Source: Eledone cirrhosa | Taxonomy: Eukaryota | Length of the DNA stretch: 64,000 nucleotides | Direction of reading: 5' to 3' | Assembly: GCA_964016885.1 (NCBI GenBank) | Contig: OZ024740.1 | Coordinates: 350,424,001 to 350,488,000 of the forward strand | Part shown: positions 1-15,102 of the stretch, in pieces | Numbering within the stretch: position 1 is the first letter of the stretch | Layout: every line of letters starts with the position of its first letter | Program-made: the position numbers and the translations under genes | Notes under the pieces: generated by a model | The model's input: only the letters and a program-made list of their open reading frames with translations | Database searches by the model: none | What the model was told of the DNA's origin: nothing

Positions 1-74
1 CTACCAATTGGAATAAGTCGTACATGAACAATCAAATTAATTGATTAAACTAACGGAATTTGAATAATACTATG

Positions 75-191
<117 letters not shown>

Positions 192-206
192 GTATATATA
201 TATATA

Positions 207-375
207 CCGTATTTTCCGCGGCGCCGAAGACACTTCGTCGTGGATGACGCACCCTAATTTTGAAAACCAAAAATTTGAAAAAAAATATTAAACAACATTC
301 GGCCTCCAGGACGCATGGTAGATTTTTGAAACTTATTTTAGGGAAAATGTAGGGTCTTCGACACCGGAATTACGG
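207..375. mobile_element. Tc1/mariner-superfamily (pogo/Tc2-like) MITE
   Basis: Terminal inverted repeats CCGTATTTTCCG ... CGGAATTACGG flanked by TA on both sides; no ORF. Confidence 0.7.
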
Positions 376-684
376 TATATATAATATATATATATAATTC
401 ATCACACGGCTGAATCCAACCCGGCTTTAGACATTAAAATATAACCAATCCAGCAACAAATAGTTTAAATAATAGGATACAACAATTAAAACAGTCGGAA
501 GAGAGTTATGCATAACAAACAATATTTAATTCTGGAAACGACGATAATCGAATGGAGGGGAAAACACGAAGTCAAGTACTAGTAGAGTACCAGTTTATTT
601 TTTCTCAAATACACATGTATAGGTTTAAATTGGAATTTAATGAAAAATAGAAAGAAAATTATAATATAAATTAAAATTCAAAAT

Positions 685-855
685 GTAGAACGTCGGACAC
701 CATGCTTTGCAGTATAGAGTTATGCGGCTTTACGTTCTGAGTTCAAATCCTTATGGGGTCGATAAAATAAAGCACAAGTAATGCACTGGAGTCGATTCAA
801 TCGACTTTCCCCTCCCCAAATGTTGCTGGCCTCGTGATCATAGTAGAAATCATAA
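685..855 (+). mobile_element. Degenerate tRNA-derived Meta-type SINE
   Basis: B-box GAGTTCAAATCC, GGGGTCGATAAAATAAAG core and GCTGGCCT..TAGAAA tail match the copy at 46014. Confidence 0.7.
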
Positions 856-1101
856 ATCAATATTCAAAATATAACTAGTAAGAAAATATAGTTCTATAAA
901 ACTGAATGTTGATTTCAGTATGAATTTCAACATTGGATAAAACTCCACTTTCAGTGCATTAATGTAACGTAATTTATCGAAATGTTAGTTCAATGGGATA
1001 TTTCACGAGCACATGCACACATACATACTCGCATATGCACACTCATATATGCACACAGACAAAAACACAAACAAACACAAAACAGAAATAAAAGAATTAG
1101 C

Positions 1102-1186
1102 AATAAAATAAAATAAAATAAAATAAAATAAAATAAAATAAAATAAAATAAAATAAAATAAAATAAAATAAAATAAATAAAAATAA
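1102..1186. repeat. (AAAAT)n microsatellite
   Basis: Direct reading. Confidence 0.95.
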
Positions 1187-3706
1187 ATTGGAAAAAGTGA
1201 AGTATTTGAAATCAACTTTCAAAACTAATATGAAAAAGTCCTTCAGAACAAAACCCAAATACCTTCCAAATATGTTTATACATATATTTATGAATGTAAT
1301 ATTATGTTTGCGTATCGGATTTCATTTAACTTGTTTACTTTCTATTCAAGTCTCATTCTCTAATCTGTTTGACCTCGTTAGAGCTGACTCCAGATACTAC
1401 ATAATAGGGACGACCGAGGTTAATTTTACTATTCATCATATAGTATTTAACAGAACTTCTGTGTGTGTCGTACTCATGAACGCATATTTATAGGGAGGGC
1501 AGATGATTAAGTGAATATGGAACCGGGCGATCTGACAGAAGATCAGTAATTTGTATACTGTCTACAGTACATTTTGTCCGTGGTCAAGACACTTATTTAT
1601 ACATCAACTCAATGCTCCTGCCTGTAAATAAACATAGTCGTTTTAAGTGTTGGCCGTACTCTAAAATTGACGATGGTTTTATTAGTTTACTGTGACAAGT
1701 TCAAGTTCCTATACGAGGTGGTTTGAACAGAGATAGATGCAGACCTGTCAACTCTCCCCATCCGACGGGGAGGTCTCGCACCCACTTTGGGGTGGGTGAG
1801 AAATGTCTTCTCTTGTGAAAATGGGTATAGCTTTCATTATGTAAAATCTCTCCATTTTGCCCCATTTCTCCTCTTTTTGGGTCACTTGTTTTCATGGTAC
1901 TCCCCGTTTGGGTTTTTAGAGGTTGGCAGGTCTGTAGATGTTCCACCAGATTGGTTTTACTTTCGTAGATGACACAACACTTAGTTATTCAGCGGTGTTT
2001 CAACAACCCAGTAGCTTCAAAACATTCACTACCATCGAACATAACTAGTCTAGCTGTGACTTGTAAACATTTAAACTTGATGTTTACGTCTAGATAATGT
2101 ACTCTCATTAATTTCGGGTCCGTTAATAAACTCCAGGTCTTGTGTTTATACATTCATAAAAGGTTAGACAAAATTATATTTAAATTATATCTAAACATTT
2201 ACATTTTCTTAATTTAATTCAACCTGTTTTGTCATTATCAAATAACTGTCTCGTAACTGACCTTATTAACATATCTAGCACCAGATTCTACATGACAAAT
2301 AATATCAAAAATAATAATACATTTGTACTTGACAAATGATTTGTTACATAGGGAAGAAATTAGTTAGATTTAATTATGCATCTAACTAGTCGTTAATTGG
2401 TCTGTTCGCTACTATATATTGAAGATTGCTTTAAAATAACAAATCTAATTATTATTTCAATTTATTGACATAAAATTATTTTCCTTGTTTGCTTTATTTA
2501 TTAAATGATATATTTACATTTTCTTAATTATGGAGCTTGTCTCCACGCATAGCGTCATATGTATGCTACACACAATAGCACATATATACACATATATATA
2601 TTCGACACGAATGCTCACAGAAACAAAAACAAAAGAAGAAAAATATGATTAAAACAATAAAAGTGAAAAAATAATGTCTTCAAGTGAAATGTGGAAAAAA
2701 AATCAATTTATTTTAGTTTTTTAATTGTTAAACAGAAAAGGAGTGAACGAGTGAAACCATATTAAGTGTATGCTGATTATTAATTATATTTAATTACTAA
2801 TTTAAATGAAATTTGCTATCGTGAGAATTTATAAAGTCAGTTTTTATTTTCTATATTTACTCATAATTGTCGATTATTCATTAATTAGAACATACATTTT
2901 ATAAGTCCGTTTTGTTGGGGTATGAGCATTCTTATAGTGAACATTCTTACAGAGATTTCCACGGGGAATTAGATTCTTAGATCTGTTGAAAAACACATCA
3001 TGTCTGCAAGGAATATTCAGTTCAATTTAAAGATCTATGAAGACAATATTATCAGGTTGCGTTTTCCATCAAGTTCAGAAATAAGATTGATCGGTTATAC
3101 CTTGGTAGGTCTATCGTCAACGTTTACTAACTGGGGTCATTCTCTTTGTATTTGAGTCACGCAAACGTTTATGAACAGTATTTTGTGGACAAACATTTTG
3201 TGGAGCTCGTCGGAGAGACCGTTCATATACATAAATGATATATTTAATCCACCGTTTAGTTTACCTCTACTATCTGTTCTTTGTGTATCTTTAGCAGAGT
3301 CTATTCTCTTGCAGATATTCGGACATGGTCTCCGATCTGTGAATAATTTGCTAGTTTCTTCGCATCACTCATACCGGCCATGAAAAAGGATCATAGGTAC
3401 TGCCTTTCTTCTAATTATAAACCATTCCCCCAAAAGGAAACACTCTCATTTCCTTCATTCTCTTCTTCACTCTCTTCCTCTTTGCCATTGCCTTTTGAGA
3501 TCTAAAACCAACACACTTATGACCTAGCCGTACGTGTCATCTTTTCGCACTCCTTCAACCCGATTTATTCCTGTCCAACACACTTTCCTTTATTTCCTCT
3601 ATAACAATAACTTTACCCTTAAACACTGAACTTGAATTATTCTCACGGTATAAAAAAAATGTATTCTATTTGTTGTAAGATTGTTAAAGGAGATCACACA
3701 ACTTAG

Positions 3707-3843
<137 letters not shown>

Positions 3844-4984
3844 TACTTCATGCTGCTTCGATAAAAATGCCGTGTACATCATAATGCTAATTATATTCAT
3901 TTGTTTTTACACAACCATACCCCCACACTCCAATCCCATTTCTGTACAATTATATATGTGCAGTGGGCGTACAAAACAATCTTTCTATCGATGGTTAAAG
4001 AATTCAGTAAGTCTTGTATTTATTGGAGCGAATGTATGTTAAACAAGTATTTTGTTCAGTAGACTGTATTTTTCAGGTGGTCGTTTAGTTGTTGGGTGGC
4101 AGAGGAGCGGAGGTCATTCAAGAACAGGAAATACAAAAATTATCTGGCTGGAAGTATTTTGCCCTAACTGGAACTGGCTCGTTTCAAAGTTTGTATTTAG
4201 CTTTTAAGAGTATCCGATATATTGTTGATATATGTCTCCAGACATTTAATTGACTTGAAAGAATTATAGAACTCTTCATTGATGTGTTCATTTAAGGTGA
4301 TTAACTTATGTCGGCAGTAAAGTATGATCCATCGGTTCTTAAACTCAACATGATTACTATTTTTTCATTTTTGTCAACATTCTATCATCGTTCAGCATTG
4401 GAATCAACCATTATGATGAGCTTGTTCTTGGAAACCATTGTGTGAAGCTGATAAAAACAATTTACGATATCTTGTTCAAATGGTGTTGTTTGCTAGATCA
4501 AGAGAAAGATTCATGATACAATCACTGACACATTTGACGAGTGATGTTAGGGATCTAGCAATGTCAGATCTAATAACAAACGGAGTACCCTTCTCTTACT
4601 TCTACTATTTAGGACGTGCCAGGAAATCTGTTTTTACTTATCACACAGATATGGATGTAATATCTGTTGCGTGCATTGCAGATGAGGGATGATTTCTGCC
4701 CTAGACGTGAAATGCTGTCCCGGGCTGTTCTCACATCCCAGCAACCAAAATTTAGATTAAAAGCTTTATTTTATTTCGGAAGCATATCTGGATAAGCAGG
4801 CATCAGTGGTTTACTACCAGGTTAAAAGATTGAGCAAGCATTTGTTTAGGGATCCTTTTACCACCCACTGCTGGTGTAAGGAAAACAGTGCTACGTTTAA
4901 AAAGAGCTGCTTTGTCCACACCAAGTGAAGTAAACACCACAAATTGTTTATATTTGGTTGCAACTGTGTAGAGCTGCTCTGTCC

Positions 4985-5065
4985 CTTGGCGGGTTTTGTT
5001 TTTCATATCACGTGTGTCCAAGTTTCTCTCTCTCTCCCTCCCTCTCTCTCTCTCTCTCTCTCCCT

Positions 5066-5104
<39 letters not shown>

Positions 5105-5168
5105 TGCACACATACACACACATGTATGTATACATATATATATATATATACACACACACACATATATG

Positions 5169-5170
<2 letters not shown>
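4985..5170. repeat. Dispersed repeat end carrying a (CT)n-(CA)n-(TA)n block; second copy at ~9545-9780
   Basis: CGGGTTTTGTTTTTCATATCACG.GTGTCCAAGTTTCTCTC...CACATGCACACATACACACACATGTAT is shared by both loci. Confidence 0.7.
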
Positions 5171-5267
<97 letters not shown>

Positions 5268-5288
5268 GTAGATGTAGATGTATATATA

Positions 5289-5848
5289 TAACTGAACAAA
5301 AAAGAAAAACGAACACAGATATATACATATATGTTCAAAACGCAAGGGACCAGATTCGCTAAGGTGAAAAGAATACTAACTACAGACAATAGGGTTTGCC
5401 AGACTCAATTTAAGAATAAACCAAGAAACATAAATACAAACCAGAATTGTGGTAACTACCAATCACCCGGACAGTTTTGATAATACTGTTTCGCAATATT
5501 AATTGTGAAGAGGAATACCAAAATTCTAGCTTATCAGCGGGTGAAGAATTATTAGTATCCTAGTCACTTTTAAGTATATTAAAAAACTGGATAGTGTGCG
5601 TATATATAGCGCACATGGTGCCAGAACACAATTAATATTGCGAAACAGTATTATCAAAACTGTCCGGGTGATTGGTAGTGACCACAATCCTGGTTTGTAT
5701 TTATTTTTCTTGGTTTATTCTTAAATTGAGTCTGGCAAACCCTATTGTCTATAGTTAGTATTCTTTTCACCTTAGCGAATCTGGTCCCTTACGATTTAAA
5801 CACATATATGTATATGTCTGTGTTCGTTTTTCTTTTTTGTTCAGTTAT
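5289..5848. mobile_element. Non-coding fold-back element (arms 5289-5507 and 5627-5848), probably derived from a PLE terminus
   Basis: Near-perfect ~220-bp inverted arms beside (TA)n; carries a hammerhead motif. Confidence 0.8.
5463..5544 (-). ncRNA. Type I hammerhead ribozyme motif (core CTGATAA, G8A variant)
   Basis: Minus strand: TCACCCG-CTGATAA-GC...GC-GAA-ACAG(tattatcaaaa)CTGT-C-CGGGTGA; stems I and III pair perfectly. Confidence 0.7.
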
Positions 5849-5954
5849 ATTATACGACTCGGAAATACCTCTTTCCTAGAGCTAATTTATTCTAAGAGAC
5901 CATTTTGAGTTTCTAACTCAATATATGCCTTTGATATATATATATATATATATA

Positions 5955-6170
5955 TAAATTCACCGAGAATCGCATTTCGGCGGGTAGAAAAAGCGAAACG
6001 TAACGCAAATTCCGAGTCATGCTGGCAAGCGCTCCATGGGCTAACAAGACCAGAGCAATAAACATAGCTTATACAGGCCATACAAACTGAGAAGGCGGTC
6101 AAGAAGCCATTAACCACCTAACCCCAAAAAACAAGTCAAGCTAAACAGGTCAGACAAAATAAATGACATA

Positions 6171-6172
<2 letters not shown>
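5955..6172. repeat. Unclassified ~215-bp dispersed repeat between (TA)n tracts; diverged copy at 29825-30015, end fragment at 9386-9409
   Basis: Shared AATTCACCGAGAATCGCATTTC end and colinear similarity through CAGGTCA.ACAAA. Confidence 0.65.
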
Positions 6173-6254
<82 letters not shown>

Positions 6255-6394
6255 TAGAAGGGGTATTTAATTTGTTGGAAATCCGACAAATATAAATATA
6301 AATATTTATAACTAATTTAGAGCACTCAACAAGTTCCTGGAGTAAATATTCAATGATATTAAATAAATGGAAACTATATTTATAAAACCATATT

Positions 6395-6457
6395 TATTTT
6401 ATTATATATATTTCAAGGGTACCAAAATACTTTGGTACGCTTTCTTCAGATAAAATA
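6395..6457 (-). ncRNA. Type I hammerhead motif; inverted copy at 8579-8640 has a mutated core (CGGAAGA)
   Basis: TATTTTAT-CTGAAGA-AAGCGTACCA..TGGTACCCTT-GAA-ATATATAT-A-ATAAAATA. Confidence 0.8.
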
Positions 6458-6614
6458 CAAAGTTTGTTATAAATAGAGACGTACCCAGCAAAATCATACC
6501 TTATCAGTTGGATATTCTCTGGATAGCGGGATGTATTAGGGATTTTTCAAACTTATGGGTGAATATGCAAATGAATATGTAAATAATTGAAAAACAACCG
6601 TTTATTTAAACGAC

Positions 6615-6685
<71 letters not shown>

Positions 6686-6945
6686 AGGACAAAATAGTGA
6701 GAGAGGAGAGAGAGAGAAGAATGAAAAAAGCGAAGATTTATAAAAAAACGAAAAAAGCGAAGATGAATAAAAAAATTAAAAAGCAAGAATATAGACTATT
6801 CATTTGCTTGGGAAACAGTTTCATAACCACCCGCGTACTGAAACACAGCTTTATCTAGATTCTGCAAATTGTGTATTGAGGAAATTTTTTATATACTTAA
6901 CTGTAAAAACTCTATTAATCTAAGAACGAATTTATTTAATTCTTG

Positions 6946-7445
6946 TAGTCTTAGTCTTAGTCTTAGTTCCTCCAGTCCCTTGTGGAACATTGGGCGACGA
7001 GCTTCCTCCACTTGATCCTGGCACTGGCGGCCCTTCTAGCACCTCTCCAGGTAATTCCCATCTCCCGCAGGTCCTCCCTGAATGTGCTCCGCCATGTTTT
7101 TCGTGGTCTTCCCCGTTCTCTCCTGCCACCTTCTGGTACCCAATCCATGGCAATATGAGCAGGTCGATCTGCCGGCAAACGGAGGATGTGGCCCGCGAAC
7201 CGCCGTCTCCTTTTCCGGACAATATCCCTTAACCTCTCCAATCCTGATCTCCTCATCATTTCCTCGTTGCTAACTTGGTCTCTCCATGAAATTTTCAATA
7301 TGGTCCGAATGCAACGACGGTGGAATACATCAAGCTTGTTACATACACTTTCCGTACTCTTCCATGTCTCACAGGCATATATCGCTGTTGGTACACCAAT
7401 GGACATGTAAACACGGAATTTGACGGCGTTGCCGATGGAACATTC
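6946..7445 (-). mobile_element. 5'-truncated RTE-clade LINE 3' end
   Basis: ORF 6963-7406 has YACETW, LDVFHRRCIRTILKISWRD and RGRPRKTW; (CTAAGA)n tail. Confidence 0.92.
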
Positions 7446-7754
7446 TTGTAGACATCGCCAGAATTCAACATTCAGAACTATATATAACTTATAATTATAC
7501 TTATAATATTTCTATTAATTTTCATAAATTTCTCATCTACTTGGTTTTAATATATTGATATCTCTAAATCATATCTCTAACATTTGCTGTACTTTCACTT
7601 CTTAAAAACTTTCATATAATATATACGTATATAATTCTAATTTTTAAAATTTTAATTTTAATAATTTTTATTTCTTTAAAAATTACTTATCTATTAAACA
7701 TTTTTAAATTTTTTTATTTTCTCAAAAAAACTTTTCAAAACTCTTTTCAAAATT

Positions 7755-7882
7755 TTTTTCAATATTTAAAAAATTTTTTCAATATTTTTTCAATATTTTT
7801 TCAATATTTTTTCAATATTTTTCAATATTTTTTTCAATATTTTTTCAATATTTTCCCAATATTTTTTCAATATTTTTTCAAT
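7755..7882. repeat. ~11-bp minisatellite (TTTTTTCAATA)n
   Basis: About 10 imperfect units. Confidence 0.85.
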
Positions 7883-8703
7883 AGATTAATAACCACTAAC
7901 TGATTCTGGCTAAATGTATCTTAAACATCCATACTTATTTTGACTAAATAGTCTCACATTAATGAATAAATAAATAAAACCGGAATTTTTTCCTTATCTT
8001 CCCTTTTCAATCATATAAAAATAAATATTCTTACTTAACTCAGTTAATTTAATTTAATCATTTTAAATTTTAAATACATATTTATTTACATAAAATACAA
8101 AACCAATATCCCTCATAACTCATTAGAACAATTATCTATAACATGATATACCCATCTATTTATTTATTTATCTACTTATAATAGAAGGAAAATATATTAT
8201 AAACAAATTTTAAAGAACTAATAATCGTAAAATATCCCTTTAATATAAATACACATACTATTAAGATATATACTTACATATATACATAGATAATTGTTTG
8301 AATATATTTCCTTCAAATTAACGTTATATGAGTTTTTTTTATTCATCTTCGCTTTTTTCATTCTTCTCTCTCTCTCACTATTTTGTCCTTCTTCTCTTCT
8401 CTCTTCTCTCTCTCCATAGTGGTTTAAATACACGGTTGATTTTCAATTATTTACATATTCATTTGTATATTCACCCATAAGTTTGAAAAATCCCTAATAC
8501 ATTTCCACTATACAGAGAATATCCAACTGATAAGGTATGATTTTCCTGGGTATGTCTCTATTTATAAAACAAACTTTGTATTTTATCGGAAGAAAGCGTA
8601 CCAAAGTGTTTTGGTACCCTTGAAATATATATAATAAAACAAATATGGTTTGATAAATATAGTTTCCATTTATTTAATATCATTATATATATATATATAT
8701 ATA

Positions 8704-9350
8704 TTAATTCAAAATATTAACAAAATAGATATTCTTGTGATCAAGTATATTTTATTATACATATTTCAGAGGTACTGAGTTAACTTCAACAGTACGTCCT
8801 CATCAGATAAAATAAGATGATGCATGACATACCCTGACATAGTAGATGGTTAAGATTCAGTCATGGTAGTGACTAAATCTTAACCATCTACTATGACTGA
8901 ATCTTAACCATCTACCATGACTGAATCTTCAGAGGTACTGAGTTAACTTCAACAGTACGTTCTCATCAGATAAAATAAGATGATGCATGACATACTCTGA
9001 CATAGTAGATGGTTAAGATTCAGTCATGGTATTGACTAAATTTTAACCATCTACTATGACTGAATCTTACCCATCTACTATGACTGAATCTTAACCATCT
9101 ACCATGACTGAATCTTAATCATCTACTATGTCAGGGTATGTTATGCATCATCTTATTTTATCTGATAAGGACGTACTGTTGAAGTTAACTCAGTACCTCT
9201 GAAATATGTATAATAAAATATACTTGATCATAAGAATATCTATTTTGTTAATATTAATATCTCTCGAAAACCAATTCTTTTGAGTGCTTCCAATCTATTG
9301 TAAAAATCGTTCTTTGATTTATTCATTGAACCTTGTTTAACCTTTAAATA
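8704..9350. mobile_element. Complex fold-back of PLE terminus family J with internal 24-nt tandem reiterations
   Basis: Same sequence as the termini of 61454-63320; hammerheads at ~8747-8815 (-) and ~9154-9220 (+). Confidence 0.85.
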
Positions 9351-9599
9351 TATATATATAAAACTCGGGAGATTAATACAAATATAAATTCACCGAGAAT
9401 CGCATTTCCTACTGATTAAGGTACACACCAGCCAGCTCACCCCTATCAAAATCTATAAATCTTAACGAGGTTAAAATAGAGATTTTAAAGTTCAGACAAC
9501 ACAGACTTTTCAAGATGCACAAAACATTAATGAGCAATTTATGTGGACGGGTTTTGTTTTTCATATCACGAGTGTCCAAGTTTCTCTCTCTCTCTCTCC

Positions 9600-9682
<83 letters not shown>

Positions 9683-9789
9683 ACTCGCTCTCACGCCCAC
9701 ATGCACACATACACACACATGTATATATATACACACACATATATGTATTTATATATATATACACACATATATGTATATATATATATATT

Positions 9790-10410
9790 TCGTTGACAAA
9801 TATATCAATATGCCAAGACATGTAGATATATTGCCCTTGGTATGACAGTGTGGTTTTCGCTCAATGTAGGATAACTAGTATACTACAGAGCCGTTATAGT
9901 TATAGGAATAACCAAAGAGTGCAAATAAATACATTGTTTTATTAGCTAACAGTGTTTCATCCATACAACATGGCAGGAATATTCAGAGCCTATAAACATG
10001 AGTATATCAGTAGTTGCATGCTCAATCGAGCTGCGTCACCAGAACAAGGTTAAATGACCAGTAGGGGGGGTCCCGAGGCTAGCGCTATATGGAAAAAGAC
10101 AGAATACATGATGCACAAAATGTCATAAAATGTCTTAAAAATTAAAAATTACATCCAAAGTTTATCACTTAGATGGTGCAATAGATGAGGTTGGGAGAGG
10201 GTAGCAAGGGATGAGTGAGGGCATTACTCAGAATGATCAGAAACGATAAGAAAATAATTTAAAAAAAAAAAAAAATGTACAAAAATACAGGGATAAGAAA
10301 AGAGATAAATACAAAAGAACAGAACAATAAAGTAACAAAAAGCCCGGAAATCACCCCCAAAATATATAAGACAAAGCAAAGCATAGATGCATTAAAGCAC
10401 AAGCAATGCA
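9790..10410 (-). mobile_element. Probable PLE 3' UTR fragment with a degenerate hammerhead (~9943-9989)
   Basis: Minus strand: GCT-CTGAATA-TTCC..GGAT-GAA-ACACTGT-T-AGC followed by AATAAA; flanked by (TA)n. Confidence 0.45.
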
Positions 10411-10427
10411 AATATATATATATATAT

Positions 10428-10672
10428 ATTTACACTGATCTCCTCCCTTCCTTACCTTTTACAACCCCCTCACTTTTTCCCAATCTCATACATCAATCTT
10501 AAATTATTTTTCATATGTTGATTTAAAACTTCACTATTCACAAGTGTTTTTTAAGCTTCATATCATGTATCCCTATTTTATCCGATGAAAACGCAGATAT
10601 CATCCCGTGATGATATTTGTTTTTGAAATGCGCATAATAAAATACTTGGAACTCTTTTAACCATCTTTCGAT

Positions 10673-10676
<4 letters not shown>
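10428..10676 (+). mobile_element. PLE family A 3' terminus; near-identical copy at 12698-12945
   Basis: Matches tail 17060-17275; hammerheads at 10574-10643 and 12844-12913 have a CCGATGA core. Confidence 0.85.
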
Positions 10677-10713
<37 letters not shown>

Positions 10714-10717
<4 letters not shown>

Positions 10718-11344
10718 TTAACATAGATGAGATTTTACAGGACTAGAACTGTTTCATTCTTTAGAAATGATCAGGAATCTGGCTTTCCAAAAATAAATGT
10801 AGTGGTATTTATATCTTTTCATGTGGTAGGAGAGGGTGGGGAGTGGGATGGGTGGAGATCATTGGTTGAAAGAAAAGGGAATTCATTAAAAGATAATTCA
10901 TTAAGTCTATTGGTTTATATTTAGAGTGACAAAGGCAGAAAGGATTCTATAAAAAGGTTCAGAATGGGGGGTGCCACTCGTTATTTTTAAGTTTCTCTTA
11001 AGCTAACAATGCCTATATTTCAGGTGTCTATAAGGTGGTTGTGGGTCGGTCATGGTTGATGGATTTAATTTTTTTTTTTTAAACGCCAGCCGACAAATTA
11101 GCCCCGCTACCTTCTTCCCACCCCACCCTACCCCCATCAACCTGAAACAAGGCACTATGTTTATGTAAGTACCTCTTATCTATCTGCATTTTCTGCTTGT
11201 AGAGCTGTTTTTATGTACCTGTGTATATCTGTATATTTATGAGTACATGTTTGTATTTATTTGTATGATTGGCCGTTCGTTTGTATGCATATCGCTGTGT
11301 ACGTGCGTTCACATGTACCTGCATTTGGGCATGTTTGTGTATGT

Positions 11345-11345
<1 letters not shown>
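10714..11345 (-). mobile_element. PLE-like 3' UTR family F; part duplicated at 14779-15080
   Basis: Degenerate hammerhead at ~10731-10779 homologous to 30574-30619; 11052-11345 is nearly identical to 14779-15075. Confidence 0.6.
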
Positions 11346-12552
<1,207 letters not shown>

Positions 12553-12636
12553 TTTGCTCTACGGTTCTTATATATTTCATATATATTTATCCTTATCGAG
12601 CCATCTTTGGATTTTAGTCTTCAATTTTATTATTAT

Positions 12637-12698
<62 letters not shown>

Positions 12699-13082
12699 TT
12701 ACTCTGATCTCCCCCCCTTCCTTACCTTTTACAACCGCCTCACTTTTTCCCAATCTCATACATCAATCTTAAATTATTTTTCATATGTTGATTTAAAACT
12801 TCACTATTCACAAGTGTTTTTTAAGCTTCATATCATGTATCCCTATTTTATCCGATGAAAACGCAGATATCATCCCATGATGATATTTGTTTTTGAAATG
12901 CGCATAATAAAATACTTGGAACTCTTTTAACCATCTTTCGATCTTATATATATATATATATATTAATAAGAGGAATTCCAACTTTGTCTGATTTACTCGT
13001 TTTATTTACAATCCTTTAAAATATATATAATATGGTATTATAATGAAATAGTATGATAGAATATTAAATTCTAAGTGTTAAT

Positions 13083-13121
13083 TGAACAAGTACTTTCATG
13101 CTTTCGCAATCTTCAGGTTCA
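13083..13121 (-). ncRNA. Minimal type I hammerhead ribozyme motif
   Basis: TGAAC-CTGAAGA-T-TGC(gaaa)GCA-T-GAA-AGTACT-T-GTTCA. Confidence 0.85.
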
Positions 13122-13498
13122 TGATATGTGGTGACAGTTGAGTTTGCAATTTTCAACTGTAATGAGATGGGTAAATTTACTACCTTTTATACATTTTATA
13201 CAGAGAAAAGTGGCTCCAGAATGCAAAGCCCTGTAAACTGTATTTCGACCAATCAGTGTGTAGTTTCACTGAATTACTACAGCTGATTGGTTTAAGCGTC
13301 ACGGCTGGTTGAGCATGCTAACGACCAATAATCATACCCAACGTATCAATTGTTTTGCTTTTTGAAATGATGAAAATAGCATTTTCTATTAATCATCCCC
13401 ATCAACATAACTTTTATTATTATTATTATTGTTGTTGTTGTTGTTGTTGTTAGTGGTCGTGGTCATAGTGGTAGTAGAAGTAATACCCCTAGGCGTTA

Positions 13499-14778
13499 TT
13501 ATTGTTCATTTAGCTTGGGTTTGAATTTATCAATAAAATTCTTTTCTTTGATTTTTCTCTTGATTTCACTTGGGCTGTGTAATTTGTAGAATGGGAATAT
13601 TATAAATATTCCCTGACCACATGTTGCCAGGTAGCCGCTTAGGAGTATCTGACAGACATTTGGGTCTCTGATTTGTTGCCGGTGTACCCGTGCACGTTCC
13701 GATAGTGCATTTCCAGTTTGACCGACATATAGTTCTTCACAATTCGGGCATTTAATGCAGTAAATTAGATTTCTGCTTTTGCAGTTCATATTTGCATTTG
13801 GGAATATTTTTCCAGTTTTTGTTTTCATATATTGACCGGCGTGTATGGATTGACATGTGCCGCATCGATTATCATTGCATTTAGATACAGTGAATGATTG
13901 GTCTTTGTTGTTAAGGTCAAACTTTGCTTTTGTTAGCAATTGCTTCAAATTTTTTGGCTGTCTTTTACTAAGAGTCAAAGATCGATCTGTGATTAAGCCT
14001 TTTAATTCATTACTTTGAGCAATGATCGGTAGGTTTGCTTTGGCAGTGTTGAATATATTCTGGTGACATGGGTTGTGTGTCATTATAAATGGTATGACCA
14101 GTTCTTGGTTTCTTCTTCCTTGGGTTGTTCTAAGTTGTTGTATAGGTATTTTTATAGCCCGCTGTATGCCATTTTCTATAAGTAGAGATGGGTATTTTTG
14201 TTTGAGCAAAAATTCTCTTAGTTCTGTTAGGCGTTTGCACCTGGTATTCGTATCTTCTACAATGGTACAAATTCTTCTGGCTAGGCAGTATGGGATGTTG
14301 CGTTTTGTATGAGGTGGATGGCACGACTTAAAATTCAGATATTGATGGGTGTCTGTGTGTTTATAATATATATCCGTGGTAATGGTGGTGTCGTTTTTGA
14401 TTATCATTATATCTAGGAATGGTAATTTGGTCCTACTCATCTCTTTTGTGAATTGGAGAGATGGGTGTAGGTTATTCAGGAGGATATTGAACTCATCCAG
14501 AGTATCTAGAGATTCTGTCCAGATGATGAAACAGTCGTCAAGGTATCTCTTCCAAGATTTTTCAATGTACTTTCTAAAGTCAGTACTATATTTTTCCTCT
14601 ACTTCTTGGTAGAGTTGTTGTTCTAAGTATCCCATTACAGAGTTCGCGTAAACGGGAGCAAACTTCGTTCCCATCGCTGTGCCTCTAATTTGGATGTAAT
14701 TCTTTCCATTGAAGAAGAAAGTGTTGTTTTCCAGAATAAGTTTAACTGCGTCTAATATAAATGGCGCTGTGAATCTAA
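13499..14778 (-). CDS. PLE reverse transcriptase/GIY-YIG endonuclease, 5'-truncated open frame
   Basis: 391-aa ORF track entry; frame continues upstream (FILDAVKLILENNTFFFNGKNYIQIRGTAMG). Confidence 0.85.
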
Positions 14779-15102
14779 TGGTTGATGGATTTAATTTTTT
14801 TTTTTTTAAACGCCAGCCGACAAATTAGCCCCGCTACTTTCTTCCCACCCCACCCTACCCCCATCAACCTGAAACAAGGCACTATGTTTATGTAAGTATC
14901 TCTTATCTATCTGCATTTTCTGCTTGTAGAGCTGTTTTTATGTGCCTGTGTATATCTGTATATTTATGAGTACATGTTTGTATTTATTTGTATGATTGGC
15001 CGTTCGTTTGTATGCATATCGCTGTGTACGTGCGTTCACATGTACCTGCATTTGGGCATGTTTGTGTATGTTTGTGTGTGTATATATATGTATGTGTATG
15101 TG

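Larger units (their letters stand above)
6252..8690. mobile_element. Large fold-back PLE-terminus element (arms ~6352-6790 and ~8330-8686) with a nested RTE insert
   Basis: Long inverted arms, each with a hammerhead motif; bounded by (TA)n; same terminus recurs at 34273-34435. Confidence 0.75.
12962..14778 (-). mobile_element. 5'-truncated Neptune-like Penelope element (family E): RT C-terminal half plus GIY-YIG endonuclease
   Basis: GTAMGTKFAP, WKRYLDD, LPFLDI, YYKHTDTHQYL, C..RC..C, NLIYCIKC..C...YVGQT; hammerhead in 3' UTR. Confidence 0.92.

Noticed and set aside
8868-9130. CRISPR-like appearance of 24-nt repeats
   Set aside because: No unique spacers, eukaryotic context, no cas genes
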